Source: a virus
DNA length: 40,180 nucleotides
Reading direction: 5' to 3' (one strand)
Virus record (IMG/VR): IMGVR_UViG_3300045988_035205
Coordinates: 1-40,180 of that record
Shown one piece after another: positions 14,326-22,957 of the stretch (the first letter of the stretch is position 1; each line of letters opens with the position of its first letter). A model generated the notes under the pieces. The model was not told the DNA's origin and searched no databases. It saw only the letters and a list, made by a program, of their open reading frames with translations. The translations under genes and the position numbers were made by a program.

Positions 14326-14356
14326 AATGGCTCAGCATAATGATAGCTGAGCCATT
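14326..14356 (+). other. Perfect 11-bp stem hairpin
   Basis: AATGGCTCAGC (14326-14336), a 9-nt loop and GCTGAGCCATT (14346-14356). There is no clear T-tract, so it could be a processing or regulatory structure or a weak terminator. Confidence 0.45.
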
Positions 14357-14365
14357 ATTCATATC

Positions 14366-14527
14366 GCTTCGGTAGCTCAGTGGCAGAGCACAAGGGATAG
14401 CACAGATACCTAGGACGGATACCTTACCGGCCATGGCTTCCTACTTCTTTAAATCGAATGCCCGTGTGATGATAAAAAGACAGTGCACCCCACACAGGCG
14501 CTGGTTCGACTCCAGCCCGAAGCACCA
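14366..14527 (+). ncRNA. Interrupted tRNA-like gene: canonical acceptor, D-arm, T-arm and encoded CCA, but ~110 nt in place of the ~23-nt anticodon and variable region
   Basis: GCTTCGG-TA-GCTC-AGTGGCA-GAGC lies at 14366-14389. GCTGG-TTCGACT-CCAGC-CCGAAGC-A-CCA lies at 14500-14527. The acceptor strands are perfectly complementary. No canonical anticodon stem-loop was found by hand. Confidence 0.6.
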
Positions 14528-14542
14528 CAAGGCGGTGACCAC

Positions 14543-14851
14543 ATGCCAGGAAGAACGCGCAAGACAAGCCGCCAATTCGAAAAAGACAAGGCCGCATTCT
14601 TCACACAATGCAAGGCACAGCATGCAGTCTGCTGGTTGTGCGGCATGCCAATCGACTATGCGGCACCGAAGAACACCACCGATGACAGCTTCAACCTCGA
14701 CCACATGTTCCCCGTCAGCAAGCATCCCGAACTCCAATTCGACCCAGCAGGCTTCAAGCCGAGCCACACCAGCTGCAACCGCTTGAGAGGCAACCAAGAT
14801 CCGCCAGCGCCAATCGGAACACTCTCAAGACAATGGATAACAACAGCATGA
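14543..14851 (+). CDS. HNH endonuclease (terminase-associated type)
   Basis: CWLCG...NLDHMFPVSKH...SHTSCN is an HNH/zinc-finger motif. It lies directly upstream of the terminase genes. The ATG at 14543 follows AAGGCGG. Confidence 0.8.
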   Translation: MPGRTRKTSRQFEKDKAAFFTQCKAQHAVCWLCGMPIDYAAPKNTTDDSFNLDHMFPVSKHPELQFDPAGFKPSHTSCNRLRGNQDPPAPIGTLSRQWITTA

Positions 14852-14991
14852 GCCCAACACGAGGGGTAGGGGCGGTGAAATCGTAAAACCAACGACAGAG
14901 CGCAAGACGTCCCGCGTGGTCGGTCTTCCTCTCCCCGATAAGTGAAATTGTTGGCGGGTCGCGCGCGATGGCAGATTAGGGGGTGTTTTCG

Positions 14992-15330
14992 ATGAGTGCG
15001 AAGTTTCCGAGTCGGAATGTGGCGGAGGCGTTGGAGCGTTCGTTGAAGAACGCTGACCTCAAGGCTGTGAATTCTGCTGTTGTCGCTGCGGCTCGCGTGT
15101 TGGCTGAGCGTATCGATTATCTGACGTTCTCCGGTTTTGTCGATGAGAACGGCAAGCTCGACAACGTTTCGCTGCCGACGTTCCTCAAATATTGCCAGAG
15201 TCTTGGTTTGACGGTTGATGCTCCGGCTAAGGTTGGTCGGCCTGCGAAGCCGAAGGTTGAATCGAAGCCGGAGGCGCGTAAGAGCGACAAGGTTGTGCAG
15301 ATGGAAGATTTCATGAAGCGTTTCGGCTAG
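14992..15330 (+). CDS. Terminase small subunit
   Basis: About 112 aa with a basic C-terminal tail, immediately upstream of and nearly abutting terL. GGGGGTG RBS. Confidence 0.65.
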   Translation: MSAKFPSRNVAEALERSLKNADLKAVNSAVVAAARVLAERIDYLTFSGFVDENGKLDNVSLPTFLKYCQSLGLTVDAPAKVGRPAKPKVESKPEARKSDKVVQMEDFMKRFG

Positions 15331-15340
15331 GAGGCGTTCG

Positions 15341-16954
15341 ATGGTGTCGGAAGATTTGAGTGTTTTCGGTGCCATCGATGATGAGAAGCATGGTGTGACC
15401 CTGCCGCGTATTTATACTCCGCCGCTTCGCCCATTGGACAAGAACACTTCTAATGGCTTCGCTGTGATCGCGTTCGCCGAGATCATGCTTCACGTGCATC
15501 TCTATCCGTGGCAGTGCTGGCTGCTGGTCCATGCCTTGGAATTGCTTGAGGATGGCAGCTATCGCTTCCGCAAGGTGATTGTGCTTGTGGCCCGCCAGAA
15601 CGGCAAGACCACGCTGATGGGCGTGCTTGCCGCGTGGTGGCTGTTCGTGGACTCCAACAAGCATCCGGACAGGGTTCCGCCCGTGAAGTTTCTGGTGGTC
15701 GGTGCGGCGCAGACGTTGGACAATGCGAAGGGTCCTTACAATCAGGTCAAGGAGTGGTGCAATCCTCAGCCTTCGACTGATGAGGAAGCGGATCTGGTGA
15801 TTCCGGATCTTGCCGCGATGACGCAGAAATTCGTTAACACGAACGGCGAGGAGGCGATCATCACCCGCTCGAAGGCCCGCTATATCGTCCGCGCCGATAA
15901 GAATATTCGCGCGAAGAGCGCCGCCCGTGTGGTGTTCGATGAGTTGCGTGAGCAGCATACTGATGATGGCTGGAATGCCGTCAGCCAGACCACGAAGGCA
16001 GTCTGGTCGAGCCAATTGTGGGGCATTTCGAACGCTGGCGACTATCGTAGCGTCGCGCTCCGCAAGCAGGTGGACAAGGGCCGTAAACTCGTGGACGCTT
16101 GGAAGCAGTATGTGGCTGATGGTGTGGATGCCGCCGAGGCTTTCGCCAATGGCGAGCAGGACGGCAGCTTCGGATATTTCGAGTGGTCGGCGCCTGACAA
16201 GTGCCCGGTGGATGATGCCGACGCGATCCGCCAGGCGAATCCGTCGCTCGGCTATGGGCCGATGACTGTTATGTCGGTTCGGTCCGATATCGATGGCATG
16301 ACCGAGGCGGCGTTCCGTACGGAAGTCCTGTGCCAGTGGGTCACGGCTGACATCATTCCTTTTATCAATCCGAAAATGTGGGCCAGCGGCATCGACTCGC
16401 GTTCCACGATTCCGAATGAGAATCGTGTCGTGCTGTCCGTGGACACGTCGGCCGACCGTAAGACCACGTATGTGGCCGCTGCCGGAATGCGTGCGGACGG
16501 GTTGCCGCACGTGGAGTTGATCGCTCGTCGTGACGGCATGCTGTGGGTGCCGCATTATCTCGACCTTTTGCAGGAGTGTTGGCCGCATGTCACGGAGATC
16601 GCCGTGCAGGGCAAGGGCTGTCCGGCAGTGGACTTCATCGACCCGCTCATCGAAAAAGGGTGGACGGTGCATCTCATCGAAGGCTTCCGGCTGGGCGCGT
16701 GCTGCGGCCGTTTCCATGATCGTGTGCGTGAGGGCAAGCTGCGGCATCTTCCGCAGCCAGCCATCGAACAGCAGGTTTCCGTGGCCGTATCCCGGCGTCT
16801 TGGCGAAGTCGAGGTGTGGGACCGCACCAAGTCCGCATTGCAGATTTCCGGCTTGGTTGCCGAATCGCAGGCGCTTTATGCGCTGGAGACCATGCAGGCT
16901 GAAACGCTTAAACCGAAATACGAGCCCTCGCAAGGCGTGAGGGTCAGATTCTAG
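15341..16954 (+). CDS. Terminase large subunit
   Basis: Walker A-like VLVARQNGKTT, VVFDELREQH (Walker B-like) and a C-terminal nuclease region. 537 aa. TAGGAGG RBS. Confidence 0.9.
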   Translation: MVSEDLSVFGAIDDEKHGVTLPRIYTPPLRPLDKNTSNGFAVIAFAEIMLHVHLYPWQCWLLVHALELLEDGSYRFRKVIVLVARQNGKTTLMGVLAAWWLFVDSNKHPDRVPPVKFLVVGAAQTLDNAKGPYNQVKEWCNPQPSTDEEADLVIPDLAAMTQKFVNTNGEEAIITRSKARYIVRADKNIRAKSAARVVFDELREQHTDDGWNAVSQTTKAVWSSQLWGISNAGDYRSVALRKQVDKGRKLVDAWKQYVADGVDAAEAFANGEQDGSFGYFEWSAPDKCPVDDADAIRQANPSLGYGPMTVMSVRSDIDGMTEAAFRTEVLCQWVTADIIPFINPKMWASGIDSRSTIPNENRVVLSVDTSADRKTTYVAAAGMRADGLPHVELIARRDGMLWVPHYLDLLQECWPHVTEIAVQGKGCPAVDFIDPLIEKGWTVHLIEGFRLGACCGRFHDRVREGKLRHLPQPAIEQQVSVAVSRRLGEVEVWDRTKSALQISGLVAESQALYALETMQAETLKPKYEPSQGVRVRF

Positions 16955-16979
16955 ATTCTTCACAAAGAGGGGAGTATTG

Positions 16980-18386
16980 ATGGGATTCCTTGACCGGCTC
17001 CTCCACAATAACGCCGCAGCTATCGGCATGAAGATGGCCGAGGCCGACGCACATCCGACGCCAGCGACAAGCATTCCACTCGCCAACGGCGACAGTTGGC
17101 CGTCCGACATGGACTTTTACGGGTACGCGTCCGGCGCCTACTGCAGGGAGTATGCGGTGCGTGTCGTGGTGGACTTCATCACCCGCAACATCGCCTCGCT
17201 GCCATTCAAGGTGTATCGGAAGAACGCCGATGGGGATGCCGAGGAAGTCTCCGACGGCGCTCTTGCCGATTTGATGAAGCGTCCTTCTCCTCTTCCTGGA
17301 ATGACACGCTACCGTTTCATTAGCACGCTGCTTCGTGACATGCTGCTCGATGACCGGTGGCTCATGCTCCTGGGCGTGAACGGTGGCCGTTTCACGCTCC
17401 GTCGCATACCGTCTGACTGCTATCAACTGTCGGGTAACGCTTTCGGCGAGATTACCGGCGTGAATCTGCTGACGATGGACAGTCAGCAGGCCATGCATTT
17501 CGATCTGCCTGATCCTCGCGTGCATTTGGATGTCGGCTTTATTTCCGGCCTCCAGTTCGGCGATAGTGTGACCAACGTGCTTCGTCCGCTCTTGGCGGAG
17601 GCGAAGGCGATGGCTTCCTACCGGCGCAATATCGCCAAGAATGGCATGCAGGCCGGTGGCTACGTCTTCCGGCCGAAGGAGATGCCGTGGCTGTCGCAGG
17701 ATGATTACGACGATTTCACCAATGGATTGCGTAATTTCATTCAGAATGGTGGCCGTGAGGGTGGCTGGCCTGTCCTGAAGGACGGCATGGAGATGCGCCC
17801 TTTGGACAATGTCTTCAAACCGGTGGACGTGAACGATTTGGAGGCGCGCGACCGTATCAATATCGCGGTGTGCAATGCCTTCCAGATTTCGCCGGAAAAC
17901 GTCGGCTTCCGAACCGGCACCAATTCCAACATCAGCGCGTTCAAAGAGCAATTGTGGAATGTTGAGCTGATGCCATACATCGTGGCATTGGAAGAGGCGC
18001 TGAATCTGAGCCTTCCCGAGGCCGTGAGCGAGCCTGACTGCTACATCAAGGCCAACGTTGACGCGAAACTACGTGGAACCACGTCCGAACAGTATCAGGC
18101 GCTTTCCACGGCTACCGGGCGTCCTTTCATGACCACGAATCAGGCGCGTCAGATTCTGGACATGCCGCGCGTGCCAGGTGGCGACCAGCTCATCACGCCA
18201 TTGAATGTGAGCGAGGGCGGCCAGCCCAGCCCGCAAGACGGCGGCAAGACGCAGAACGCGCAGGAGAACAATCCGGTCAACGGCGAGGACGCGAAGGCGA
18301 TGCTTGCCGAATTCAAACGGCTTTACCGGTATGACGCGCAATTCCACGCCGAGTGGGACGCGCTTACCAAGGAGGAAACATCATGA
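16980..18386 (+). CDS. Portal protein (HK97-family type)
   Basis: About 468 aa, directly after terL and before the prohead protease. AGAGGGGAG RBS. Confidence 0.85.
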   Translation: MGFLDRLLHNNAAAIGMKMAEADAHPTPATSIPLANGDSWPSDMDFYGYASGAYCREYAVRVVVDFITRNIASLPFKVYRKNADGDAEEVSDGALADLMKRPSPLPGMTRYRFISTLLRDMLLDDRWLMLLGVNGGRFTLRRIPSDCYQLSGNAFGEITGVNLLTMDSQQAMHFDLPDPRVHLDVGFISGLQFGDSVTNVLRPLLAEAKAMASYRRNIAKNGMQAGGYVFRPKEMPWLSQDDYDDFTNGLRNFIQNGGREGGWPVLKDGMEMRPLDNVFKPVDVNDLEARDRINIAVCNAFQISPENVGFRTGTNSNISAFKEQLWNVELMPYIVALEEALNLSLPEAVSEPDCYIKANVDAKLRGTTSEQYQALSTATGRPFMTTNQARQILDMPRVPGGDQLITPLNVSEGGQPSPQDGGKTQNAQENNPVNGEDAKAMLAEFKRLYRYDAQFHAEWDALTKEETS

Positions 18387-19126
18387 GGCTTGATTTCAAG
18401 GGCTTCGAGCTGAAATCCCTTGATGACAGTCAAGGCGAGGGCGTGTTCAGCGGCTACGCCTCGACGTGGGACAAGGATTTGTACGATGACGTGATCGTCA
18501 AGGGCGCTTTTGCCGATACTTTGCAGAACGATTTCCAAGGTTCCGGCGCTGGCATTCCGATCCACTGGCAGCACAAGGACGACAAGCCGACCGACATCAT
18601 CGGCGAGACGCTGAGCGCAGTGGAGGACGAGCATGGACTGCTCGTCACCGCCCGTCTTGACCTTGACCTTCCGGAAGGCAAGCGCGCCTATGAGCTGCTG
18701 CAGCGTGGCCTTATCCATCAGATGAGCATCGGCTTCATCGCCGAGGAGACCGCTTTCGTGCAGGACGGTAAGAGCGCTTGGGACGGTTACCGTGAGATTC
18801 GTCAGGTGAAATTGTTCGAGATTTCCCTCGTGCAGGTCGCCGCGAATCAGGGCGCCGAAGTGCTTGAAGTCAAGAGCGGTAGAGCCATCAGCGCCTCCAA
18901 CGAGAGCAAGCTCCGTGCCGCCCTCGACAGCCTGCACGAGGTTCTTGATGGCATCGATTCCGACAACAAGAAGCCGGACGATTCGTCTGATGACTCCACG
19001 GATGATTCCGGCGACGAGCCAGACGATTCCACGGATGACCCGAAGAAGAAAGACCAGAAAAGCTTTGACCAGCAGTGGGCCAAGGAATACCAAACCATCA
19101 GCGACTTCTTCTCGCTGGAACACTAA
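18383..19126 (+). CDS. Prohead protease (HK97 family) with an acidic C-terminal tail
   Basis: FSGYASTWDKDLYDDVIVKGAF...IHWQHK signature. AAGGAGG RBS and ATGA overlap with the portal gene. Confidence 0.85.
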   Translation: MRLDFKGFELKSLDDSQGEGVFSGYASTWDKDLYDDVIVKGAFADTLQNDFQGSGAGIPIHWQHKDDKPTDIIGETLSAVEDEHGLLVTARLDLDLPEGKRAYELLQRGLIHQMSIGFIAEETAFVQDGKSAWDGYREIRQVKLFEISLVQVAANQGAEVLEVKSGRAISASNESKLRAALDSLHEVLDGIDSDNKKPDDSSDDSTDDSGDEPDDSTDDPKKKDQKSFDQQWAKEYQTISDFFSLEH

Positions 19127-19140
19127 CCGAAAGGAGTGCC

Positions 19141-20343
19141 ATGAATCTCATGGACAATCTCGCCGCCGAGAAGAAGGCGGCACAGTCCATCCTCGCCAAG
19201 GGAATGGATAACATCACCGAAAAGGAGCAGGAAGAGCTCAAGCAGCATTACGCCGAGGCGAAGAAGCTGCAGGAGCGCATCGACCTGTTCAAGGAAGCCG
19301 GAGAAGGACTCGACCGTCTCGCCGGAACCTCGAAGACCGAGCATAAGACCGCCGAGGCGAAGACAATCGGCGACTTCTACGTCAAGTCCCTGCAGGAGAA
19401 GGGCTTGAGCGTGCTCGCAACCAAGGGAGGCTTGTTCTCCACTCCGGAATTCAAGGCTGCTTCCGACACTCAGGTCACAGGTGGAGCGTCCGGAGCCTAC
19501 GCGCCGTTCCTTACTGAAACCGATCAGAACGGCGTATGGCCGTATGAGCGTCCGCTCGTCATCGCCGACCTTTTCGCGTCCGGCACCATGAGCGGCACCA
19601 CCATCAAATATCCGGTCTACGGCTCCCTCGAAGGCAACGCCACCACCGTCGCCGAGGGCGCGCAGAAGCCTCAGATTCACATGCCGGATCCGACTTGGGT
19701 GTCCGACAGCCTGCACGAGGTCGCCGCATGGTGGAAGATCACAGACGATATGGCGGAAGACCTGCCGTTCGTCGTGTCCGAGATCAACCAGCACGCCCAG
19801 TACAACCTGAAGCTGCAGGAGGAGATTCAACTCCTGTCCGGCGATGGCACCGACCCGAATCTCAATGGCATTCTGAACCGTGAGATCCAGTCCAAGGGTC
19901 AGGCCGCGGACTCCGATCCGGACCGTATCTTCGCGGCCACCACGGATATCGCCACCGCGACCGGCTTCTCCGCCGACGCCGTGGTCATCAACCCTGCCGA
20001 CTATCAGACAATCCGCCTGTCCAAGGACGCGAACGGCCAGTATTTCGGCGGTGGCTTCTTCGCCGGCCAGTACGGCAACGGCGGCATCATGCAGAACCCG
20101 CCGCTGTGGGGACTGCGCACCGTCGTCACCGAGGCGATGACCAAGGGGACCGTGCTCGTCGGCGCGTTCAAGGCAGGCGGCACCATCTACCGCAAGGGCG
20201 GCCTGACCGTCGAATCCACCAACAGCCACGAAAACGACTTCACCAACGACAAGATCACGTTCCGAGTTAAGGAACGCCTCGCCCTGCAGGTCAAGTACCC
20301 CAAGGCTTTCGTCAAGGTGTCCCTCGGCAAGGCCGGAAAGTGA
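19141..20343 (+). CDS. Major capsid protein (HK97 fold) with an N-terminal delta/scaffold-like coiled coil
   Basis: 400 aa following the protease. GAAAGGAG RBS. The N-terminal ~100 aa are charged and helical. Confidence 0.9.
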   Translation: MNLMDNLAAEKKAAQSILAKGMDNITEKEQEELKQHYAEAKKLQERIDLFKEAGEGLDRLAGTSKTEHKTAEAKTIGDFYVKSLQEKGLSVLATKGGLFSTPEFKAASDTQVTGGASGAYAPFLTETDQNGVWPYERPLVIADLFASGTMSGTTIKYPVYGSLEGNATTVAEGAQKPQIHMPDPTWVSDSLHEVAAWWKITDDMAEDLPFVVSEINQHAQYNLKLQEEIQLLSGDGTDPNLNGILNREIQSKGQAADSDPDRIFAATTDIATATGFSADAVVINPADYQTIRLSKDANGQYFGGGFFAGQYGNGGIMQNPPLWGLRTVVTEAMTKGTVLVGAFKAGGTIYRKGGLTVESTNSHENDFTNDKITFRVKERLALQVKYPKAFVKVSLGKAGK

Positions 20344-20351
20344 GGTGAACC

Positions 20352-20699
20352 GTGAAGCAGTATCGGCTGGCCGACACATCCAAGGCCAAGGTGGACGCTT
20401 CGACTTACATCGAGGACGTGCTCTTCGTGGACGGCAATGACAATCCGGTGAACGTCACCGGCGGTTCCACTTCCACGCCGTATGTGCTTCCCGCGGCCGC
20501 TGAGAACGCTCTCGGTGGCGTGAAGCTGGCGAATGTCACGATCTCCGGCACTGCGAACGCCTCCGTCGCGGCTGCTGCCTCCACCACTCCGACGAAGGCA
20601 GAGTACGACGCGCTCGTGGCCGCGTACAACGATCTGGCGCAGCGTGTCAATGCTCTTGTGGCTGGTCTTGTGGCTGCTGGCGTGGTGAAGACGAGCTGA
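20352..20699 (+). CDS. Head fibre / decoration-like protein
   Basis: GTG start after GAGGTGA. It has the PYVLPAAAENALGGVKLA motif and a C-terminal Ala/Val-rich helix. It lies right after the capsid gene. Confidence 0.5.
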   Translation: MKQYRLADTSKAKVDASTYIEDVLFVDGNDNPVNVTGGSTSTPYVLPAAAENALGGVKLANVTISGTANASVAAAASTTPTKAEYDALVAAYNDLAQRVNALVAGLVAAGVVKTS

Positions 20700-20713
20700 G
20701 ACGGGAGGTCGGC

Positions 20714-21229
20714 ATGATTGACGTGAATGTGATTCCTGACATGATTGCCGACCCTTCGGCTTTCGAGGATGACGCGCAGTTTCGGCTTAAGGCGGCGCAG
20801 GCGGCCATCCGCCGTGAATGTGGTTGGCATGTCATGCCGAACACGGAATTGTCCGGCGTGCTCAACTCGCGTGGCGGCATGGTGATTCGACTGCCCGCCC
20901 GTCATGTGACGAGCATCGAATCATTGACCGACCGTGATGGCAACAAGCTGGCTTATGCCTATGATCCTGATACTGGTCTTGTGGAGTCCTTGTCTGGCGG
21001 CTTTCCCGCTGGCATTGCGGCCATCCGCTACGAGATTCACGCGGGCTATGATGACGCGCCGGACGTGCAGTCGGTGCTTATCAGCGCCGCGAAACGTGCC
21101 GGCATGAGTCCGCTTGGGCTTATCACCTCGCAGTCAACGAATGGCAGCAGCGCGAGTTTCGACGTCGTGTCGCTCATGCAGGAGGAACGGGACAAGCTCA
21201 AACCCTACAAGCTTGGAGGGTTGCCGTGA
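20714..21229 (+). CDS. Head-tail connector (gp6-like)
   Basis: Position and size in an HK97-like module. GGGAGG RBS. Confidence 0.65.
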   Translation: MIDVNVIPDMIADPSAFEDDAQFRLKAAQAAIRRECGWHVMPNTELSGVLNSRGGMVIRLPARHVTSIESLTDRDGNKLAYAYDPDTGLVESLSGGFPAGIAAIRYEIHAGYDDAPDVQSVLISAAKRAGMSPLGLITSQSTNGSSASFDVVSLMQEERDKLKPYKLGGLP

Positions 21230-21624
21230 GCCTGATCGACGACCTGAACTCCGCTGTCGGCGTTTCCGCCATGGCTGGGGCCACGCGCTTTATTCGACTG
21301 CGCGCCAAACGCAAGGCCAATCCGTACAATTCGGCGCAGAACGAGCCAGACTGGAGCGTGCCTCCGGACGAGCTAGCCATCACGGGCGCCCTCGCCTCCA
21401 GCTCCAGCATGCGCACGCCGGACACGCTCGACACACAAACCGCATCCACAGCGTACCTCACCATCCCGGATTCGACAGCCGACGTGAAAATCGGCGACCG
21501 GATCCGCGCAGACCCCGACGACGGACGCTTGTGGGAAGTCGACGGATTCCCCTCGAAGGACGCGAACGCGTTCACCGGCTGGCGTCCGACCTTGGAATGC
21601 CGTCTGACGGAAAGAAAGGGCTGA
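21226..21624 (+). CDS. Head closure / head-tail adaptor protein
   Basis: Position and overlapping start. Confidence 0.6.
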   Translation: MSLIDDLNSAVGVSAMAGATRFIRLRAKRKANPYNSAQNEPDWSVPPDELAITGALASSSSMRTPDTLDTQTASTAYLTIPDSTADVKIGDRIRADPDDGRLWEVDGFPSKDANAFTGWRPTLECRLTERKG

Positions 21625-21626
21625 CA

Positions 21627-21914
21627 ATGGCGAAAAGCAGGATATCGGTCAACTTCAACCAGAAATTCTTCGACGAGATTCTCAACAGCGCCGGAGTCAA
21701 GTCGCTCACCACGCTGGCTGCGGACAGGGCACTCGCCTACGCGAAGGCGTCAGCTCCGGTAGATACCGGCGCATACCGCGACGGCCTTGGAATCGAGGAG
21801 GTTAAAAGGGAGCACCGAACGACCGTCATGGTCGTCGGCCACGACTCTAAGACCCTGCTCGTGGAGTCGCGGACCGGCAATCTGGCCAAGGCGTTGAGGA
21901 AGGCGAGGGTCTGA
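21627..21914 (+). CDS. HK97 gp10-like head-tail joining protein
   Basis: Internal Met of track ORF 21114-21914. APVDTGAYRDGL motif. Confidence 0.6.
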   Translation: MAKSRISVNFNQKFFDEILNSAGVKSLTTLAADRALAYAKASAPVDTGAYRDGLGIEEVKREHRTTVMVVGHDSKTLLVESRTGNLAKALRKARV

Positions 21915-22345
21915 TGGCAAGCGTCATTCCACCAGACCTTGAGCTGTTCCTTACCGGATGGCTGCGCTCCAACATCACGGACGTCGCGGGCCTGCAGGTC
22001 GGAAACCGCATTCCGGATGGTTACGACGGTTCCTATCCGCTCGTGGTCGTGCGTGATGACGGCGGCACGCAATCCGCCGACCGTGTGACGTTCGACAGGT
22101 CGATAGGCGTCAACGTGCTCGGATGGACGCGCAACGATACGAAACCATGCCGTGATCTGGCGGCCCGCGTGTACGGGCTGCTGACCGGCGAGCCCGGCAT
22201 CCTCATCGGATTCGCCGAAGGCAGCCGCATCTGCGCCGTCGTGTCTGACGGATGCAACGGCCCGTACCCGGTCGGCGAGGACACGGCATGGTGCCGCTAC
22301 TACATGACCGTCGAATATTCGACGGCCGGAATCAGACAACCATAG
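21914..22345 (+). CDS. Tail terminator / tail completion protein
   Basis: Positioned immediately before the major tail protein, with an ATGA overlap. Confidence 0.55.
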   Translation: MASVIPPDLELFLTGWLRSNITDVAGLQVGNRIPDGYDGSYPLVVVRDDGGTQSADRVTFDRSIGVNVLGWTRNDTKPCRDLAARVYGLLTGEPGILIGFAEGSRICAVVSDGCNGPYPVGEDTAWCRYYMTVEYSTAGIRQP

Positions 22346-22357
22346 AAAGGAAACGCC

Positions 22358-22957
22358 ATGGCCAAAGACAGTCAGGGCATGGATCTGGGACAGGTGGAGG
22401 CGCTCGTCACCGCCGCCATCATGATCGTCCCGTACTCCACCGAAAACAAAATCACGCCGGAGATGATCGCATCAAGCAATGCAACGCCGGAACTTCCGGC
22501 CGCCTACAATCGGTCGACCGCATGCATCGGACTCGTCAAGTCCGACGGCGGCAATCAGGATTCGCGCGACGGCGACGACCCGCTGGAGTTTTTGCAGGAC
22601 GGTTACAAGAAGCTGCCGTTGGCGACCAGCCTCACGCAGACGTTCAGTCCGGCCGAAAACAACGCGCTGACCCGCAAGATCACCATCGGCGAGCCGGACG
22701 CGCAGGGCGTCTACCACGTGGCCGACATCATCCAGGACGCGAAATGGATGGTGTACGAAGAGGAGACGTTCGACACCGGGCGCGTCCACCGTCGTGCCGG
22801 CGTCATGCAGGTCACCGGCAACGAGCCGGACCAGCAGGAGCGTGGCTCGGTCACCGGCCGCGCATTGACCGTCGAATGGATGAAGGATCCGCTGTATGTG
22901 GATGCGGAGCATCCGAACACCCGCTGGATCGAAAGCTGGTACGACCCAAAAGCGTGA
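22358..22957 (+). CDS. Major tail protein (short, zero-frame product)
   Basis: 199 aa with GAAAGGAAA RBS. It lies between the tail terminator and the chaperone genes. Confidence 0.8.
   Translation: MAKDSQGMDLGQVEALVTAAIMIVPYSTENKITPEMIASSNATPELPAAYNRSTACIGLVKSDGGNQDSRDGDDPLEFLQDGYKKLPLATSLTQTFSPAENNALTRKITIGEPDAQGVYHVADIIQDAKWMVYEEETFDTGRVHRRAGVMQVTGNEPDQQERGSVTGRALTVEWMKDPLYVDAEHPNTRWIESWYDPKA

Noticed and set aside
14366-14527. tmRNA-like interpretation of the tRNA-like gene (triple stop TGA-TGA-TAA at 14467-75 as the end of a tag ORF).
   Set aside because: A genuine D-stem is present, whereas tmRNA lacks one. There is no G3:U70 alanine identity pair. The upstream frame (…SLNRMPV) does not resemble a degradation tag. 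At 162 nt it is far shorter than known tmRNAs. I kept it as a remote possibility to test with Rfam.
14433-14786. 117-aa plus-strand ORF spanning the tRNA-like 3' half and HNH in another frame.
   Set aside because: It overlaps the HNH gene out of frame, has no RBS and has an Arg/Ser/Thr-rich composition. The HNH frame has clear catalytic motifs.
15311-17110. 599-aa minus-strand ORF opposite terL/portal. Similar long antisense ORFs lie at 5465-6430, 8082-9257, 13447-14289, 16944-17951, 19123-20379, 24771-25805, 26694-27905, 28881-30080, 30189-31214, 31305-32894 and 39337-40089.
   Set aside because: They lie antisense to genes with clear family motifs and have Arg/Gly/His-rich, low-information sequences with no RBS. 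They are typical stop-poor antisense frames of high-GC DNA.
21114-21626. N-terminal 171 codons of track ORF 21114-21914.
   Set aside because: This part overlaps two well-placed connector genes in other frames and is Arg-rich. Only the part from the RBS-less but correctly spaced ATG at 21627 looks coding.
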